A stretch of 64,000 nucleotides of DNA, from assembly GCA_030390025.1 (NCBI GenBank), contig JASTWF010000322.1:124001-188000 (forward strand). Reading direction: 5' to 3'. The notes beneath the pieces were generated by a model. That model did not search any database. It was not told the DNA's origin and saw nothing but the letters and a program-made list of their open reading frames with translations. The stretch's first letter is position 1. Every line of letters starts with the position of its first letter. This document shows positions 59,499 through 64,000 of this stretch, one piece after another. Made by a program: the position numbers and the translations under genes. Source of the stretch: Squalus acanthias. Lineage: Eukaryota.

Positions 59499-60741
59499 AC
59501 AGTTTCTCTCTATCTACTCTGTCCAGACCCCTCATGCTTTTGAACACCTCTATCAAATCTCCTCTAAACCTTCTCTGCTCTAAGGAGAACAATCCCAGCT
59601 TCTCCAGTCTCTCCACATCACTGAAGTCTCTCATCCCTGGTATCATTGCCGTAAATCTTTTCTGCACCCTCTCTAAGGCCTTCACATCCTTCCTAAAGTG
59701 CGGTGCCCAGAATTGGACACAATACTCCAGTTGAGGCCGAACCAGTGTTTTATAAAGGTTCATCATAACTTCCTTGCTTTTGTATTCTGTGCCTCTATTT
59801 ATGAAGCCCAGGATCCCGTATGCTTTAAAAACCGCTTTCTCAACCTGCCCTGCCACCTTCAACGATTTGTGCGCACATTCCCCCAGGTCTCTCTGTTCAT
59901 GCACCCCCTTTAGAATTGTACCCTTTAGTTTATATTGCCTCTCCTCATTCTACCAAAATGTATCACTTCACACTTTTCTGCGTTAAATTTCATCTACCAC
60001 GTGTCCGCCCATTCCACCAGCCTGTCTATGTCCTCTTGAAGTCTATCACTATCCTCCTCACTGTTCAGTATACTTCCAAGCTTTGTGTCACCTGCAAATT
60101 TTGAAATTGTGCCCTGTACACCCAAGTCCAAGTCATTATTATATATCAAGAAAAGCAGTGGTCCTAGAACCGACCCCTGGGGAACACCACTATATACCTT
60201 CCTCCAGTCCGAAAAACAACCATTCACCACTACTGTCTGTTCCCTGTCACTTAGCCAATTCCGTATCCATGCTGCCACTGTCCCTTTTATTCCATGGGCT
60301 TCAACTTTGCTGGCGAGCCTATTATGTGGCACTTTGTCGAATGCCTTTTGGAAATCCATATACACCACGTCAACCGCATTGCCCTCATCAACCCTCTCTG
60401 TTACCTCATCAAAAAACTCGATCAAGTTAGTTAAACACGATTTGCCTTTAACAAATCCGTGCTGGCTTTCCTTAATTAATCCACACTTGTCCAAGTGACT
60501 GTTAATTTTGTCCCTGATTACTGTTTCTAAAAGCTTCCCCACTACCGAGGTTAAACTGACCGGCCTGTAGTTGCTGGGTTTATCTTTACACCCTTTTTTG
60601 AACAAGGGTGTAACATTTGCAATTCTCCAGTCCTCTGGCACCACCCCCGTATCTAAGGAGGATTGGAAGATTATGGCCATTTCCTCCGCGATTTCCTCCT
60701 TCACTTCCCTCAGTGTCCTAGGATGCATCCCATCTGATCCT

Positions 60742-61750
60742 AGAAACATAGAAACATAGAAGATAGGAGCAGGAGTAGGCCATTCGGCCCCTCGAGCCTG
60801 CTCCGCCATTCAATGAGATCATGGCTGATCATCCAAACTCAGTACCCTGTACCTGCCTTCTCCCCATATCCCTGGATACCTTTAGCTTTAAGAAATATAT
60901 CTAACTCATTCTTGAATATATTTAATGACTTGGCCTCAACTACCTTCTGTGGTAGAGAATTCCACAGGTTCACCACTCTCTGGGTGAAGAAATTCTTCCT
61001 CATTTCTGTCCTAAATGGCTTACCTCTTATCCTTAGATTATGACCCCTGGTTCTGGACTCTCCGACCATCGGGAACATTCTTCCTGCATCTAGTTTGTCC
61101 AGACCTGTCCGAATTTTATATGTTTCGATGAGATCCCCTCTCATTCTTCTATACTCCAGCGAGTATAAGCCCAATCGACCCAATCTCTCCTCATATGTCA
61201 TTCCTGCCATCCCAGGTATCAGCCTTGTGAATCTTCGCTGAACTCCTTCCATGGCAAGAACATCCTTCCTCAGATAAGGCGACCAAAACTGCACACAGTA
61301 CTCAAGGTGTGGTCTCACCAAGGCCCTGTACAACTGCAGCAGGACATCCCTGTTCCTATACTCAAACCCTTTCGCTATGAAGGCCAACATACCATTTGCC
61401 TTCTTCACCGCCTGCTGCACCTGCATGCTTACCTTCAGCGACTGGTGCACAAGGACACCCAGGTCTCGTTGCACTTCCCCTTCTCCCAATCTATTGCCAT
61501 TCAGATAATAGTCTGCCTTTCTGTTTTTGACACCAAAGTGGATAACCTCACATTTATCCACGTTATATTGCATCTGCCACGCTTCTGCCCACTCACCCAA
61601 CCTGTCCAAATCATCCTGGAGTTTCTCGGTATCCTCCTCGCAGCACACACTCCCACCCAGCTTTGTGTCATCTGCAAACTTGGAGATATTACATTTAGTT
61701 CCCTTATCTAGATCATTAATGTATATTGTGAATAGCTGGGGTCCAAGGAC
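60742..61750 (-). mobile_element. Young CR1 3' fragment nested in an older CR1
   Basis: ORF 60839-61648; flanks ctgatcct/ctggtcct (8-bp TSD with one mismatch). Confidence 0.9.
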
Positions 61751-62120
61751 CTGGTCCTGGTGACTTATCTACTTTAAGTACAGCCAGCCTTTCTAGTACA
61801 TCCTCTTTGTCAATTCTTATCCCATCCAGTATCTCCACTACCTCCTCCTTTACTATGTCTATGGCAGCATCCTCTTCCTTGGTGAAGACAGATGCAAAGT
61901 ACTCATTTAGTACCTCAGCCATACACTCTGCCTCCAATTGTAGGTCTTCTTTTTGGTTCCTAATCGACCACACCCCTTCTCTTACTACCCATTTACTATT
62001 TATATGCCTATAGAAGATTTTTGGATTACCTTTTATGTTGGCTGCCATTCTATTCTCATACCCTCTCTTTGCCCCTCTTATTTTCTTTTTCACTTCTCCT
62101 CTGAACTTTCTATATTTAAC

Positions 62121-62338
62121 CTGATCATGGCTGATCTTCGACCTCAACTCCACTTTCCCGCCCGATCCCCATATCCCTTGATTCCCCTAGAGTCCAAAAA
62201 TCTCTCGATCTCTGTCTTGAATATACTCAATGACTGAGCCTCCACAGCCCTCTGTGGCAGAGAATTCCAAAGATTCACCACCCTCTGAGTGAAGAAATTC
62301 CTCCTCATCTCAGTCCTAAATGGCCGACCCCTTATCCT
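62121..62338 (-). mobile_element. CR1 3' fragment
   Basis: IRGRPFRTEMRRNFFTQRVVNLWNSLP. Confidence 0.8.
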
Positions 62339-62559
62339 GTTGTTGCTGGTTAGCCCAGTTGCCAATACACTCCTAACCCCCACCGTCTGATTCTGCCCGC
62401 CAGGAAAACCAGCCACCGCCCTGATTTACATTTTCCTTTTTGCAATTCCGCTTGTTGTTTATTGCAACAGCGAAAAGTACTGACAAACACTGCGGAACAC
62501 TGAGGCTTACCAATCTCACAGACCGGCAGTGGCGTTCCAGAGCCACATCACAATTTAAA

Positions 62560-64000
62560 AAGTGACGCGGACCAGAGGAAGCAGCTGATTGGGTGAGTAC
62601 GGCCAGGTGAGTATTTATACTACTCTGTAGTTTGACAGTTAAGGTTAATAGTTTATAAAGTTTAGAAGGTCCTCATTTTTGTGGTTATAGTTTCTAAGGT
62701 CTCTGTTGTGTAGCAGGGAGTGCTAGTATACAAGGGCCCTTGAGTATATCATTTAATTGTAGTGTAATTTGTGGTATTGATTTGAGTTAATTTAAATGAA
62801 TTAAAGGATAAGTCATGGCAGCACAGCTCAGCCCTGTGGCATGCTCCTCCTGCACTATGTGGGAAATCAGGGACAATTCCTGTGTCCCTGTTGACCATGT
62901 ATGCGGGAAGTGTATCCAGCTGCAGCTACTGGCAGACCGCATTGCGGCGCTGGAGCTGCGAATGGATGCATACTGGAGCAGTCGCGATGCTGAGGACATC
63001 GTGGATAGCACGTTTAGGGAGTTGGTCACACCGCAGGTAAAGGCTGCACAGGCAGGAAGGGAATGGGTGACCACCAGGCAGAGTAGTAGGCACAGGCAGG
63101 TAGTGCAGGGGGGTCCCCTGTGGACATCCCCCTCTCAAACAGATATACCACTTTGGATATTGTTGAGGGAGATGGCTTATTGGGGGAAGGCAGCAGCAGC
63201 CAACTTCCTGGCACCATGGGTGGTTCTGCTGCACAGGACGGGAGGAAAAAGGGTGGTAGAGCTATAGTGATAGGGGTTCTATTGTAAGGGGAATAGATAG
63301 GCGTTTCTACGGCCGCAAACGAGACTCCAGGATGGTATGTTGCCTCCCTGGTGCAAGGGTCAAGGATGTCTCGGAGCGGCTGCAGGGCATTCTGGAGGGG
63401 GAGGGTGAACAGCCAGTTGTCGTGGTGCATATAAGTACCAACGATATAGGTAAAAAATGGGATGAGGTCCTAAAAGCTGAATATAGGGAGTTAGGAGGTA
63501 AATTAAAAAATAGGACCTCAAAGGTAGTAATCTCAGGATTGCTACCGGTGCCACGTGCTAGTCAGAGTAGAAATAGAAGGATATTTCAGATGAATACGTG
63601 GCTAGAGGAATGGTGCAAGGGGGAGGGATTCAAATTCCTGGGACATTGGAACCGGTTCTGGGGGAGGTGGGACCACTACAAACTGGACGGGTTGCACCTG
63701 GGCAGGACCGGGACCGATGTCCTAGGGGGAGTGTTTGCTAGTGCTGTTGGGGAGGGTTTAAACTAAAATGGCAGGGGGTTGAGAACCTGTGCAGGGAAAC
63801 AGAGGAAAGAGAAGCAAGGATAGAAGCAAAAGACAGGAAGGAGAAAAGCAAAAGTGGAAGGCAGAGAAATCAAGGGTGTAAATCAAACAGGGCTACAGTA
63901 AATAATAATTCTAAAAGGAATAAGAGTGCTAAAAAAACAAGCCTGAAGGCTTTGTGTCTTAATGCGAGGAGCATTCGTAATAAGGTGGATGAATTAGCTG
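62560..64000 (+). mobile_element. 5' end of a CR1 LINE: 5' UTR, frameshifted ORF1 (62815-63766; zinc finger/leucine zipper plus SGNH esterase) and start of the ORF2 endonuclease
   Basis: CSSC...CGKC and LQLLADRIAALE; VIGGSIVRG, STND and DGLHL; KALCLNARSIRNKVDEL at the window end. Confidence 0.88.

Larger units (their letters stand above)
58228..62120 (-). mobile_element. CR1 ORF2 fragment split by a Penelope-like element and a younger CR1
   Basis: ORFs 59497-59904, 59994-60809 and 61716-62153 give colinear CR1 RT pieces. Confidence 0.88.

Overview
Eukaryotic (vertebrate) DNA, most likely from a cartilaginous fish; this is inferred from the repeat repertoire (CR1 LINEs, a Deu-domain SINE, Penelope-like elements) and not proven. 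The window holds the last four coding exons of ISOC2 (+, 60-10612), a C2H2 zinc-finger gene with a single coding exon (-, 53250-54233) and a CpG-island promoter near 57.4-58.1 kb. Nearly everything else is transposon-derived: many CR1 fragments, L2, RTE, a DeuSINE, non-autonomous PIF/Harbinger copies, two fold-back Penelope-like elements with hammerhead cores, two solo LTRs, and about 25 kb of minisatellites, most of them amplified pieces of retroposons. The most notable feature is an intact, young Ty3/Gypsy LTR retrotransposon (-, 33924-38399). It has no tRNA-type primer-binding site. Instead, the 11 nt at the PBS position are perfectly complementary to a motif inside its own LTR (AGTTGATTAAA), and the same motif sits at a similar position in two otherwise dissimilar solo LTRs in this window. 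Its reverse transcriptase also reads YLDN rather than YxDD. Repeat boundaries are approximate unless a TSD or terminus is cited.
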